From Armatimonadota bacterium (GTDB taxonomy: Bacteria > Armatimonadota > HRBIN16): DNA of 64,000 nt. The stretch's first letter is position 1. The number at the start of each line of letters is the position of its first letter. A program made the translations under genes and the position numbers. The stretch spans positions 129,851-193,850 of the forward strand of contig BPGU01000005.1 of assembly GCA_026003195.1 (NCBI GenBank). The letters run 5' to 3'. Of this stretch, positions 9,799 through 19,887 are shown piece after piece. The notes under the pieces were generated by a model. It did not search any database. It saw only the letters and a program-made list of their open reading frames with translations, and was not told the DNA's origin.

Positions 9799-11573
9799 GA
9801 ATTGCCGGTCTGGCGTCGGACGATACCGGTTGTGGTCACTACCGGTTGATCCATCCACTCAAGGCGCTTTCCGATGCCGGTCACGATACGGTATGGAGCA
9901 CGGACCCGTTACAGTTCATGAATCTGGCAGAGCAGGCGGATGTGGTCATCCTGCAGAGATGTACCTATCCGCCGATAGTGGAGCAAATAGGGCGATGGAA
10001 GCGTTCTAAGCTGGTGATCTACGAGCTGGACGACCTACTGCACTGTATACCTCCGGATAATCCCTCCTTCCGTTACTACAAGCCAGGCGGTGACCTGTTG
10101 AAACATGCTACCAGAGCGATTGTGGAATCGGACGGGATGATAGTCTCCTCTTACGAGCTCTGGAAGTATTATCAGCGCTACAACAGGAACATCATCATCA
10201 TCCCGAACTTCATTGACTTCAAGCTACGGGATTGGCAGAGCGAGTATCCCCGTGCCCGGCATCGGATAGTGGTAGGCTGGTCCGGCGGAAGTCAGCATCA
10301 GCCGGACGCGCAGTTGATAGCCTCCGTGTTGAGGACGGCGCTGGAGTATCCGCAGGTGGATATCGGTCTGTACTGTCATCCCCATTTTGCAGGCTACTTG
10401 ATGCAGTATCTGCCCGATGTGCCGCCGGAGCGTGTATTGCTTTTGCCGGTACGTCCATTCCGCGATTATCCCTATCAGCTCGGAGCGTTCGATATCGCCA
10501 TCGCGCCGGTGGCGAACAACGAATTCAACCGCGCCAGGTGTCTGCATTCCGATACGCCGGTGTGGACGCCTGCCGGTATGAGCACTATCGGCGCGTTGAA
10601 GCCCGGCGATTGGGTATGGAACGGTGAGCGTTATGTGCATGTGCTGGCGGTTCATCATGATGGCGGCTCGCTGGGCATGGAGCTGGAGCTGGATTGTGGA
10701 TTGAGCGTTCAGCTCACACCGGAACACAGGGTACTTACATCTATTGGATGGCTCAACGCAGGTAAGCTCCGACGCGGGGACAGGATACAGCTGGCTGCGC
10801 CAAACTATTCCGGCTACGGCGAGAAGCGGTATTCGCCGCAGCAGGCAGCCGAGATCGCTATGGATAACCGCCTCCAGTTCAGACCACATGAGCTGTTCTC
10901 AGGATGGAGTAACGGGGATATGGTCGCCTGGGCGCAAGCTTTATGGAGCAGGTATGGTGGTCAGGACAGGCGTGGCAGGGTCTATCTCACCGTGAGGCGC
11001 GAGGTGGCTCCGTTCTTTGCTCTGGCTTTACTGCTCTCAGGCAGAGGTTGCAGGGCGAACTGGTATACGCGCTCCGTGCGGTTCACTCTGCTGGACGAGG
11101 GCGCTCCGGAGTATTCCAGCATCAGAGGTATCCGCGCCAGGTGGATTGATGCAGTGGATATTCAGGTTGAGGGTGAGTTGTTCTGCGCGAACGGCGTGGT
11201 ATCTCATAACTCCAGTTTGAAGCCGCTGGAGTATATGGCGCGTGGTGTGCCCTGTATCGCTTCCGATGTCGCCGAGTACCGTCTGTTGTACAGACAGGGT
11301 GCGCCCTTCCTGCTTGCAAACACCATGCAGGACTGGCGCAGATGTCTGGACGCTCTGATCACGCAGAGGGTTTCCCCGACGGAATGGGTACAGACGCATT
11401 ATGACCTGCACCAGAACGTGTATCGCTATGAGCAGGCGATACAACAGTTCCTGCAGTGGAAGCGTGAAGGGTGTGTCGGTAAGGGTCAGGTGTTTGTGCT
11501 GGAACGGAAGCATCCCTGTCCCTGCGGCAGTGGCGAGCGTTACGGACGTTGCTGCTATCCGGTATTTGGATAA
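9780..11573 (+). CDS. GT-B glycosyltransferase with an intein and C-terminal SEC-C zinc motif
   Basis: GCGHYRL..P, IYELDD, VGWSGG..H..D, FDIAIAP..FNRAR|intein|SSLKPLEY; C-terminal CPCGSGERYGRCC. Confidence 0.85.
   Translation: MAENRLRIAGLASDDTGCGHYRLIHPLKALSDAGHDTVWSTDPLQFMNLAEQADVVILQRCTYPPIVEQIGRWKRSKLVIYELDDLLHCIPPDNPSFRYYKPGGDLLKHATRAIVESDGMIVSSYELWKYYQRYNRNIIIIPNFIDFKLRDWQSEYPRARHRIVVGWSGGSQHQPDAQLIASVLRTALEYPQVDIGLYCHPHFAGYLMQYLPDVPPERVLLLPVRPFRDYPYQLGAFDIAIAPVANNEFNRARCLHSDTPVWTPAGMSTIGALKPGDWVWNGERYVHVLAVHHDGGSLGMELELDCGLSVQLTPEHRVLTSIGWLNAGKLRRGDRIQLAAPNYSGYGEKRYSPQQAAEIAMDNRLQFRPHELFSGWSNGDMVAWAQALWSRYGGQDRRGRVYLTVRREVAPFFALALLLSGRGCRANWYTRSVRFTLLDEGAPEYSSIRGIRARWIDAVDIQVEGELFCANGVVSHNSSLKPLEYMARGVPCIASDVAEYRLLYRQGAPFLLANTMQDWRRCLDALITQRVSPTEWVQTHYDLHQNVYRYEQAIQQFLQWKREGCVGKGQVFVLERKHPCPCGSGERYGRCCYPVFG
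10539..11210 (+). mobile_element. intein (224 aa) in the glycosyltransferase
   Basis: Begins CLHSDTPV, has block B LTPEHRVL, ends VSHN followed by Ser. Confidence 0.9.
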
Positions 11574-11582
11574 CAGCTGGAG

Positions 11583-11852
11583 GTGTTCAAGTTGAATGGT
11601 TGTCCACCATGCCCGCACTCTGACGAGATAGACCGGATTAGGGATTTACTGTACGGTAACGGTGACGAAGGTATCAGGACAAAGCTCGCCAGGATGGAGG
11701 AGCGGATGGAGCGGCTCAGTGACGACATCAAAGAGATTCATGAACAGTGGATGTATCGGATGGAAGTACGTCTGCGCTGGATGGTGGCGATAGCCACGTT
11801 GATAGGTAATCTGCTGATACAGCTTCTCATCAAGTATGGAGGTAAGTTATGA
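11583..11852 (+). CDS. small coiled-coil protein with C-terminal TM (holin/XhlA-like architecture)
   Basis: LYGNG motif, coiled coil, WMVAIATLIGNLLIQLLI. Confidence 0.6.
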   Translation: MFKLNGCPPCPHSDEIDRIRDLLYGNGDEGIRTKLARMEERMERLSDDIKEIHEQWMYRMEVRLRWMVAIATLIGNLLIQLLIKYGGKL

Positions 11853-12193
11853 GATCTCTCTGGAACAAGATGGTGCGGTTTGTCAGGGACCTGTGGTACC
11901 GGTACCGGATGGGCGACCTGTTGAAGCGTGCACTGGCGGTAGCCCTGCTGGAGGCGGCGCAGTCGGTACTGCAGAAGGATTACGCCAGTCCCGCCAGGGT
12001 GAAGTCCGCGGTGCGGAACGCGCTGAGCCATGCGGTGGAGCGGTTACGGTTGCCGGAATCCTACCGGTCGTGGTTACTGGAGCCGTTGCTGGAGCTGTCA
12101 GACCAGCTGATAGACCGGCACTATGGCGACAACGGTGCGGTTCTCAACGCCCTGCGCGTTTACCTTTATGCCAGACTCGGTATCCGGGACTGA
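11849..12193 (+). CDS. hypothetical protein
   Basis: 114-aa ORF with GGAGGT RBS and ATGA overlap. Confidence 0.65.
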   Translation: MRSLWNKMVRFVRDLWYRYRMGDLLKRALAVALLEAAQSVLQKDYASPARVKSAVRNALSHAVERLRLPESYRSWLLEPLLELSDQLIDRHYGDNGAVLNALRVYLYARLGIRD

Positions 12194-12208
12194 TTCTGGA
12201 GGTGTAAA

Positions 12209-13300
12209 TTGGCGGTACTCCGTCCCAGTTATGAGGAGCTGGTTGAGAGGGCGAAGGCGTTAATCCAGACGCTGACGCCTATCAACCAGTTCCATGAGTC
12301 CTCTGTGGCAGGCGCCATCGTGCGTGTGTTCGCGGCGCTCATGTCGCAGATGTATGATACGCTGGAGCAACTCGAGCGGGACTCCAACCTCAGCACGGCA
12401 ACCGGACTGGCGCTGGACAGAATCGGTCAGACGTTCGGTGTGTTGAGGTTGCCCGCTCGACGCGCCTCATCCTTTGGGGCGGCGGAGCCGGTGAAGTTCA
12501 CCAACAACACCTCCGCAGCGGTCACCGTTCCTGCAGGTACCCGTGTGTTCAGCTCCAGGTTCCCCTACAAGGCTTATCGTACCGTAGACACCATCAACGT
12601 GCCTGCCGGTGGAGAGGCGTATGTGCATGTGGTTGCCGAAGGTGACGGCAGCGATTACAACGCCGGCGCCGGTGAGATAGACCGCCATAACCTGCCCGTT
12701 ACCGGTCTGCAGGTGGTGAACGTGGCGCCGCTGGTGGACGCATCAGACGCCGAATCTGACGAGAGCTACCGGGCACGGATAGCACAGGCGTTCCTCAGAC
12801 GTTACTACGGCTCCAGCGCAGCCATCACGGCCGCCTTGCGCGAACTGCCCGGTGTGGTGGATGTGGTGCTGTTGCCGACGCGACGAGGACCGGGCACGCT
12901 GGACGTGTTCGTGGTGCCTGCCGTTCTGCCCGCCGATGGCGAGTTCGTGCAGTCCCTGCAAGAGGTGCTGGACCGGGAGGTGGTGCCCGGTATAGACTGG
13001 CGGTTGATCATACCGGATCCGACGCCTGTGGATGTGATGGTGCGGGTCAAGATGCGCGTGGGATGGAGTCAGGCGCTGGTGGACTCTGTGCGGCTGGCTG
13101 TGCGTGGTTATGTGGATAACATCGGACTCGAGGGCACGCTCTATGCCAGCGAGTTGCTGTCCAGGGTGATGGATGTCTCTACAGATATAGAGGATGCCGA
13201 GGTGCGCGTGTTTGTGCGCGGGCTGGAGATAGGCAGGAGTTATACGGCCGATGTGATGGAAGTGTTGCGTTCGCGGAACGTAGATATTATGCCGTTCTGA
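12209..13300 (+). CDS. baseplate J/gp47 family protein
   Basis: TATGLALDRIG..G..R..A, DAESDESYRARI, GPGTLDVFV motifs. Confidence 0.92.
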   Translation: MAVLRPSYEELVERAKALIQTLTPINQFHESSVAGAIVRVFAALMSQMYDTLEQLERDSNLSTATGLALDRIGQTFGVLRLPARRASSFGAAEPVKFTNNTSAAVTVPAGTRVFSSRFPYKAYRTVDTINVPAGGEAYVHVVAEGDGSDYNAGAGEIDRHNLPVTGLQVVNVAPLVDASDAESDESYRARIAQAFLRRYYGSSAAITAALRELPGVVDVVLLPTRRGPGTLDVFVVPAVLPADGEFVQSLQEVLDREVVPGIDWRLIIPDPTPVDVMVRVKMRVGWSQALVDSVRLAVRGYVDNIGLEGTLYASELLSRVMDVSTDIEDAEVRVFVRGLEIGRSYTADVMEVLRSRNVDIMPF

Positions 13301-13307
13301 TGTTACC

Positions 13308-14267
13308 ATGCTACGATACGACTACCTCCAGAGCCCGCTGCTGCCGGCATGGATACCGCAGAGTGGGCTATTTGTTCTGTTCCTCAAAGGTGTGCTGGAC
13401 AACCACTTCCAGGATACCCTGTTGTCCATCATCTATCCGTCCCTGTTCCCGAACTACGCCTATGTGTGCGAATACGACGACCCGCCACAGACGCTCCTGG
13501 TCACATTGACACCTGGCGGTAACGTGCCTGTAACCATCAGCACGCAACGCACCGATGTCTATGATAATCCGCTCCCGTTTGCCCTGTATGATGGCAAATG
13601 GTTAGTGATATTCAACCTGCATACGGGCTCTGCTTCCGGCGGGGCGCCCGCATCTGGATTACCGCATCCGCTCTGGTGCGATGGCGAAGTGCCGGGCACC
13701 TTGTTGACGCTGAGCGACCATCTCGTGGGCGGAAGGGCGCTGTGGAGAACGCCTGGCGGGGTATGGCGCAGCGCCACGCTGGAGGAGCGCGGTCTGTTCG
13801 TTCCAGGATCCTATGCGAGCATAGAGTGTCGTTACGAGAGACGACCGCCATATCCGTCTGCGTCGTTACCGGACAGACCGTTGCAGTTCCGGTATCTGTG
13901 GAGCAGAGGAGACGATGTGCTCCGCCTGTATGGGATGCACAGACACCGCAGGAGTCTTGGTAGGGCTCTCCAGAACGTCCGTGGCAGGTTGCCCGGCGCG
14001 CATCAGTTTGGAATCGCCTCCGAGCTGGGACTGGTGGAATTTGTGCCACGACATGAGCTGTACATGCACTTCACTGCACCTGCGGGATGCAGCGCGTTGT
14101 ACGGCACCTATCTGGCTCGTCTGCTCCGGGCAGAGTATCCGAACACGCTGTCCGGCATGGACGCCATCCACCAGTCCGGAGAGACCTCCGTTGTGCTCAT
14201 AAAGAACCTGTGGGTGGACACGTTACCACTGAGCATACGCGGCGAGCTCACCGCTGATGTGACATGA
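13308..14267 (+). CDS. putative baseplate protein
   Basis: 319-aa ORF directly after baseplate J; coupled to the next gene. Confidence 0.6.
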   Translation: MLRYDYLQSPLLPAWIPQSGLFVLFLKGVLDNHFQDTLLSIIYPSLFPNYAYVCEYDDPPQTLLVTLTPGGNVPVTISTQRTDVYDNPLPFALYDGKWLVIFNLHTGSASGGAPASGLPHPLWCDGEVPGTLLTLSDHLVGGRALWRTPGGVWRSATLEERGLFVPGSYASIECRYERRPPYPSASLPDRPLQFRYLWSRGDDVLRLYGMHRHRRSLGRALQNVRGRLPGAHQFGIASELGLVEFVPRHELYMHFTAPAGCSALYGTYLARLLRAEYPNTLSGMDAIHQSGETSVVLIKNLWVDTLPLSIRGELTADVT

Positions 14268-17200
14268 TAAACACCTACTTCTGGATAATCGGATGGCTAT
14301 CCTTCTCCGGTATGCTGGGCGAGGTACAGGGCGCCTCGTCCGTCACCGGTGAGCTCAGCGTTCATCGCGCCGTGTATGTGCAGGTGGAGAGCAGCACGGC
14401 ATGTGAAGGCGAACTGCACGCATGGTATGCACTACACGTCAGTCCGTCCGGTCAGTCCGATGCGGATAGCACTCACCTGTCCGCCGTTCACGTCATAGAT
14501 TCCACCGTAGAATGTTCGTCTCAACCGGATGTTCATCTATCCCGCGTGCTCCCCATCGAAGCCGAATCGTCCGGCTCCAGCTCCGTCTCCGGCAGGATAA
14601 CGATCAATCAGGTAGATATCTACGACCTGCTGGTGAGCGGAGCGTGCTCCGTATCTGGAGATATCAACAGGTTATTCAAACTGGTAGCCGAGATATCCGC
14701 CGCGTCACAGGTGGACGGCGAGTTCCAGCTGGAGCGCAGTCCTGAAGTCACTGTAGAGACTCTATCCAGCGTATCCGCCGAACTGAATGCATACTACTCG
14801 GTAGATTCCGGGATAGATTGCTCGTCCGACGTATCCGCCCACATCACCGTTAATCCCGTCGAGATAGACGCCGACCTGGAGTGCAGCTCCGGGCTGTCCG
14901 CAGACCTGTCTGTCTACTTCGCTCTCGGTTCCGACGTATCCGGCTCTACAAGCATAAACGCCCAGCCCGATGTCACTCACACGCTCCGTATGAGCGGTGA
15001 GTCGTTCCCGAGCAGCACTGTATCCGCTAACCTGAACAAATGGGGCGCCGGATACAGTGTCGTTCAGGACAAGAGCGTCGTCTCCGGATACCTGAACGTG
15101 CAGTGGGCGCTCTGGTCTTTGCTCACCACGGCGCCGTTAAGCAACACCAGACTGGACGTACACCTTTCCGTCCGATACGAGACCTCGGTAAGCATCGTCA
15201 ACCTGAAATCTACCGTTAGCGGCTGGGTGGCAACCAGGTTCGGCGTCACTTCCGGTATAGACCAGAACGCATCCGTCGTGTTCGCCGACAAGATGACGCT
15301 CAATCCGGTCTGGTTCACCGGATTGCTCGTGCAGGGCGAGACCTCGCTGGATACCGATATGCACGCCAACCGCATGGTGGCGTCCGGCGTGTCCGGTTCC
15401 TCCAGCCTCGACGTCTGGATGAACCGCTACGGAGCCTGCTGGTCTCAGGTTACCGGTAATAGTGTATGCAGTGCCTACCTGAACCGCTACGCAGCTTGCT
15501 GGACCGATCTGAACAGCCAGTCTCAGGTCACCGGCACGCTGAACGTACACAGAGCCATCCAGTCCGAAGTGTCCGGCTCCACCTCGTTGAGTCTGGACTA
15601 CTCGAGGATGCGCAACCTGTACGGTGAGTGTTCGGACAACTCCACCACCATGACCGGTAAGGTCACCATGAACCCGGCATGGATAGTGGATGCGGTGTCC
15701 GAATGCTCATCGAGCGTTACCGGTGAACTGAACAGGAAGTTCGCGGTAGAAGGCTCATCGGGCGGCGATACCTCCATGCAGGCGGACTCATACCGCATGC
15801 GCAACCTGGAGACGCTGATCGAAGCATCGAGTTCGGTGTCCGCCAGTTTGAACGCAGCGTTTGCCGTCCGGTCAACCGTCCAGCCGAACACGCAGATCAA
15901 CGTCCATCTGTCCAGACGATTCTACCTGCCGGACGTTGCTGTTACCGGTATCACCAGCGCCACAGCTTATCTGTCCGCCATACGTCCGATATCGGCGTCC
16001 GTGCCGGACTGTCGCACAACGATAGATGCCAACGCTTACCGCAAACGCAACGCGGTGCCGGACCTCATCTACGGATACAGCGTCGTTTCAGGTCACCTCA
16101 CCATAAACGCGGTGGATATGGATGGGGAAGTGCCGAACGGAGCAACGCAGGTCGATGCGGAGCTCAAGGTCGGCAAGATGGTGGAAACCACCGTCTCCGG
16201 TTACTCGGACGTATCCGCGTATATCAACGTCCACTATGGGCTGTGGACGGTACCACAATGTAGCACGCTGGTTGATTCCGGTCTGAACGCATGGTTCGCC
16301 TGCCGGTCTCAACCGGAAGCTTCTACGGATGTTCAGGCTCATCTCTCCAGAAGGTTCTACCTGCCAGACAAGACGATAGACGGTCTGTCTCAGGTATCCG
16401 CCGATATCGGTGTCAAACGCGCCGTGCTTTCCGGCATAGATGGATGCGCCTCCGATCTTGATGTGGTGCTGAACGTGAGGCGCTCCATCCTGTCGGATGT
16501 GGTCAACAGCCACTCGTCCGTCACCGGTCTGTTGAGGAAGAACATCCGATCCGTGGAAGCCACGGTACCCGGTTGTTCTTGCCTGGTGGGCGCCACGCTG
16601 AACATCAAGATGGGCGTTGCCGGAGAGTGTTCAGGTGTTACGGACGTAGACTGTACCGCCTACCGCAAGCGCAACCTGGAGGTTGTGGTCCAAACTGAGA
16701 CGGAGCCGAGCTCGCATCTATCGCGCAGATTCTACTTTGACTGGACCACTCTGGACGGTCAATCCAGTCTGAGCGTCTACCTGTCCGCCATAAGACAGAT
16801 TACGGCATCCATCGCTGGCGTCACATCCATTGACTGTACGGCATACCGCAAACGCAACGTGGTGTCCGATACCGTTGCCGGATACAGTCTCGTATCCGGT
16901 CACGTGACGGTCAACCCGGTGGAGATAGATGGCGATTCCTCAGGCAGCACGCACCTTATCGGCACGCTTTCCCTGTTCGCCTCTGTACAGACCGATGCTA
17001 CCGGCGGTTCCCTGATAGAAGGCACTCTCAACGCCGAACGCAGCATCAAGTCCGATATCGTCGGAACTTCGAGCGTGCAGGCAACTCTCAACGCCGAACG
17101 CGCCATCGGTTCCGATATCCAGTGCTCCGACGATGCATCGGCGTATCTGAACGCATGGTACTCCTGCAACTGTCTGTGCGATGACAACGATACCACGCTC

Positions 17201-19327
17201 ACCGCAGACCTGAGCAGGCATATCGCCGTATGGAGCATCGTTAGCGGTCAGAGCGTTGTCACCGGTAACCTGACGCTGAACGCCAAGGCGATGGACGCCT
17301 CCTCCGCCGGATACAGCGGCGTCACAGGTGAGCTGGATACCGCTAAATATCTGTATGCCGATATAGCAGGCGATACGGTAGTAGATGCTACCGCTTACCG
17401 TATCGTGACACTGAGTGCGACGGTTGTCGGTAGCACTCAGGTATCCGCTTCGCTGTATTCTGTCGGATACCTCTCCTCGTCTGTATCAGGTAGCAGCGAG
17501 GTAAGCGGGCAGCTGAAGTTCGTCGCCAACCTGAGCGCGTCGGTTGGCGGATACAGCTATGTGTTCGGTTCTACAGGGGAGGACCTGTCTATATACGGTT
17601 CCTCTGCAGGCAGGTCCATCGTCACGGGCTATCTGAACCTGAAGGGCGAACTGTTCGGCGGCGATCCGGACGGAGTGGTCGCAGTAGCCGGTGGCGCTTA
17701 CCTGTTGACTCTGGTATCCGACGACGGCTCGCACGGTCTGCCGGACTGGCTCCGTGCGGACCGCGTGGAAGAGTCTACGCTGGGCGGGCTTGTGGAATCG
17801 ATCCGGTTGCATGTATCCGAGATGCTGGTGTCGGAGCTGTCCGCAATCGGTATGTCTCTCAAGCAACATGTCGCAGTCTGGAGCGCACCGATGCAGGAGA
17901 AGCCTCGGAAGGTCAGTCTGGTCACTTTGAGCGGCTCGCGCATGTTGCTGAGAGAGGCTTCATCCATGCACGACCTGGTGCACAGTCCATTACCGAGATG
18001 GTACTGGCAGGACGGACAGCTCATGGTAGCGCATGTGGACGGCGCCATGGAGCTGGTGCAACCGGACGGTGACCTGTTCCGACTGGCCCGAGCCGTGCAG
18101 ATAGACAGGAACCGACCGGTGTATCTGCTCTGGTCCCGTTCCAGAGGGGATATCGCTTACCTGCTCTCCGATGAGGAGCTGAACTTTGAGAACGGTAGAC
18201 TCGCCTCAGTGTCCCGGTTCGGGTATATCATCCACGCCAGGGACCTTCAGTTTGGAGCCGACTACGGAACCTACCAGGTGTCGGCAAAGGCGAATGTATG
18301 GTTGACCTTCCAGACATCATCCGGTGGTGATACCGTGCCGGAATGTGCTCCACTTCAGGTAACGCTGAACCGCAGAGGTTTTGTGTCCGTGCAGATGCAC
18401 GAGGATAACGCGATGTTCTGGGCGGCTCGTGGTCTGCAGGTCAATCATCCGGCGGAGGGATCCCTGTCCGGTTGCTACGGCGAGCGGGGACGGCTTGTTG
18501 GTGTATTTGTCGGCAGCTCGGCTCCTTCTACTGTGCCCTCTGCAGCCCCGACGGGGAACTATACACCGGAGATAGGGCAGGTGTTCATCATCGAGCCCGA
18601 TGCGCGATACGTGGTGCCATCCGGTGCGACCAGGCTGATGATAGGTTTCCTGAACGATACCGGCTATCGGTTCGGCACGGGCGGTGCGGTTATCACGGTG
18701 GTGCAGTACGAGCCGGACGGACTGCTGAGCGTGGTGTACACAGATAGCCAGCTCACCGCACACGAGGTGAACGTCGTTGCGGATGAGCAGCCGGTGACTC
18801 TAAGGGCTGTGACGTTGCCGTCGAACCGGTTCGCCATGTGGTCCCGTATGCTCGGTAATCCGTTGCGCATGTTCGGCTGGAACGGGCACGATATCCTGCC
18901 TGGTCTGATGGCCGTCGGTGTTCGCAAACCGGTTCTGCCCGGCATCAAGCCGGTGTGGTATGAATGGGACGGCATCAACTCCATCACGGTGTCCGGTATG
19001 GATGTGGATGTGCCTGGACTGCCTCGGTGGTTCACATTCCGCGGCAGACTGGAATCCAGCCGGTTACCTTACTATCCGTCCGGCAGGGTTCTGGTGGACG
19101 GAGTTTGGGGCGATGCTGTAGCCGGGGCGAACGTGGAGATGCTGGTGCCTCTGTGGTCCGGTCAGGTGTCCGGTAACTCTATCACGGTAATACCTTCCAG
19201 GAACATGATGCCAGGTGCACGTTATCTGGTTGCAGCGTTACCGTATCGTGTACAGACCATAGAACCTGTCGTTGTGCGGCAGGGCAACGGCAACAGGCTG
19301 TTCCAGTGGTCTGCGGAGGTCACGTAA
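14264..19327 (+). CDS. 1687-aa virion protein with long Ser/Gly/Val beta-repeat stalk and C-terminal putative carbohydrate-binding domain
   Basis: About 21-23-aa periodic (S/G)xSxVx(G/A)xL units over roughly 1100 aa; VPSGATRLMIGFLND segment near the C-terminus. Confidence 0.7.
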   Translation: MINTYFWIIGWLSFSGMLGEVQGASSVTGELSVHRAVYVQVESSTACEGELHAWYALHVSPSGQSDADSTHLSAVHVIDSTVECSSQPDVHLSRVLPIEAESSGSSSVSGRITINQVDIYDLLVSGACSVSGDINRLFKLVAEISAASQVDGEFQLERSPEVTVETLSSVSAELNAYYSVDSGIDCSSDVSAHITVNPVEIDADLECSSGLSADLSVYFALGSDVSGSTSINAQPDVTHTLRMSGESFPSSTVSANLNKWGAGYSVVQDKSVVSGYLNVQWALWSLLTTAPLSNTRLDVHLSVRYETSVSIVNLKSTVSGWVATRFGVTSGIDQNASVVFADKMTLNPVWFTGLLVQGETSLDTDMHANRMVASGVSGSSSLDVWMNRYGACWSQVTGNSVCSAYLNRYAACWTDLNSQSQVTGTLNVHRAIQSEVSGSTSLSLDYSRMRNLYGECSDNSTTMTGKVTMNPAWIVDAVSECSSSVTGELNRKFAVEGSSGGDTSMQADSYRMRNLETLIEASSSVSASLNAAFAVRSTVQPNTQINVHLSRRFYLPDVAVTGITSATAYLSAIRPISASVPDCRTTIDANAYRKRNAVPDLIYGYSVVSGHLTINAVDMDGEVPNGATQVDAELKVGKMVETTVSGYSDVSAYINVHYGLWTVPQCSTLVDSGLNAWFACRSQPEASTDVQAHLSRRFYLPDKTIDGLSQVSADIGVKRAVLSGIDGCASDLDVVLNVRRSILSDVVNSHSSVTGLLRKNIRSVEATVPGCSCLVGATLNIKMGVAGECSGVTDVDCTAYRKRNLEVVVQTETEPSSHLSRRFYFDWTTLDGQSSLSVYLSAIRQITASIAGVTSIDCTAYRKRNVVSDTVAGYSLVSGHVTVNPVEIDGDSSGSTHLIGTLSLFASVQTDATGGSLIEGTLNAERSIKSDIVGTSSVQATLNAERAIGSDIQCSDDASAYLNAWYSCNCLCDDNDTTLTADLSRHIAVWSIVSGQSVVTGNLTLNAKAMDASSAGYSGVTGELDTAKYLYADIAGDTVVDATAYRIVTLSATVVGSTQVSASLYSVGYLSSSVSGSSEVSGQLKFVANLSASVGGYSYVFGSTGEDLSIYGSSAGRSIVTGYLNLKGELFGGDPDGVVAVAGGAYLLTLVSDDGSHGLPDWLRADRVEESTLGGLVESIRLHVSEMLVSELSAIGMSLKQHVAVWSAPMQEKPRKVSLVTLSGSRMLLREASSMHDLVHSPLPRWYWQDGQLMVAHVDGAMELVQPDGDLFRLARAVQIDRNRPVYLLWSRSRGDIAYLLSDEELNFENGRLASVSRFGYIIHARDLQFGADYGTYQVSAKANVWLTFQTSSGGDTVPECAPLQVTLNRRGFVSVQMHEDNAMFWAARGLQVNHPAEGSLSGCYGERGRLVGVFVGSSAPSTVPSAAPTGNYTPEIGQVFIIEPDARYVVPSGATRLMIGFLNDTGYRFGTGGAVITVVQYEPDGLLSVVYTDSQLTAHEVNVVADEQPVTLRAVTLPSNRFAMWSRMLGNPLRMFGWNGHDILPGLMAVGVRKPVLPGIKPVWYEWDGINSITVSGMDVDVPGLPRWFTFRGRLESSRLPYYPSGRVLVDGVWGDAVAGANVEMLVPLWSGQVSGNSITVIPSRNMMPGARYLVAALPYRVQTIEPVVVRQGNGNRLFQWSAEVT

Positions 19328-19423
19328 TGGGTACTGTTATATCGGATTACGTCCCCAATATCCCTGCCAATATTTATGCTGGTATCATACTCTTCCATTC
19401 AATAAGGAGGCTGATTAGAACCT

Positions 19424-19873
19424 ATGCCTGGCAGCAAGTCCAACTACTTTGAGCGCGCCGTGCTGGACTGGGCGTTCCCGCCCACCGGTAGCGCCACTTC
19501 GTTCACTCCACCGTCCACCCTGTATGTGGCGTTATGCACCGGCACCGCCCCTACGTCGGACCCGGCTTCTCTGGCTGAGCCGAGCGGTGGCGGTTATGCC
19601 CGCGTGGCGATAGACAACACGCTGGGCACCACTTCCACGTGGGGACCGGCTACGACCGACGGTAGCGGTGTGACCACCAAGAAGAACGTGGTGGAGATCG
19701 AGTTCCCGCAGGCGACCGCCTCGTGGGGCACCATCACCTGGTTCGCCATCGTGGACTCGAACGGCGCCAACCCCAACATCCTGCTATGGGGCACGCTGAA
19801 CACGTCGGTCACCATCAACACCGGCGACACCGCCGTGTTCCGTATCAACGGTATCACTATCCAGGAAGACTGA
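19424..19873 (+). CDS. conserved small phage tail/fibre protein
   Basis: SNYFE..LD, LYVALCT, GGGYARVAI, FPQATASWGTIT, GDT..F..I signature; AAGGAGG RBS. Confidence 0.8.
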   Translation: MPGSKSNYFERAVLDWAFPPTGSATSFTPPSTLYVALCTGTAPTSDPASLAEPSGGGYARVAIDNTLGTTSTWGPATTDGSGVTTKKNVVEIEFPQATASWGTITWFAIVDSNGANPNILLWGTLNTSVTINTGDTAVFRINGITIQED

Positions 19874-19887
19874 TGGAGGTATAGACG

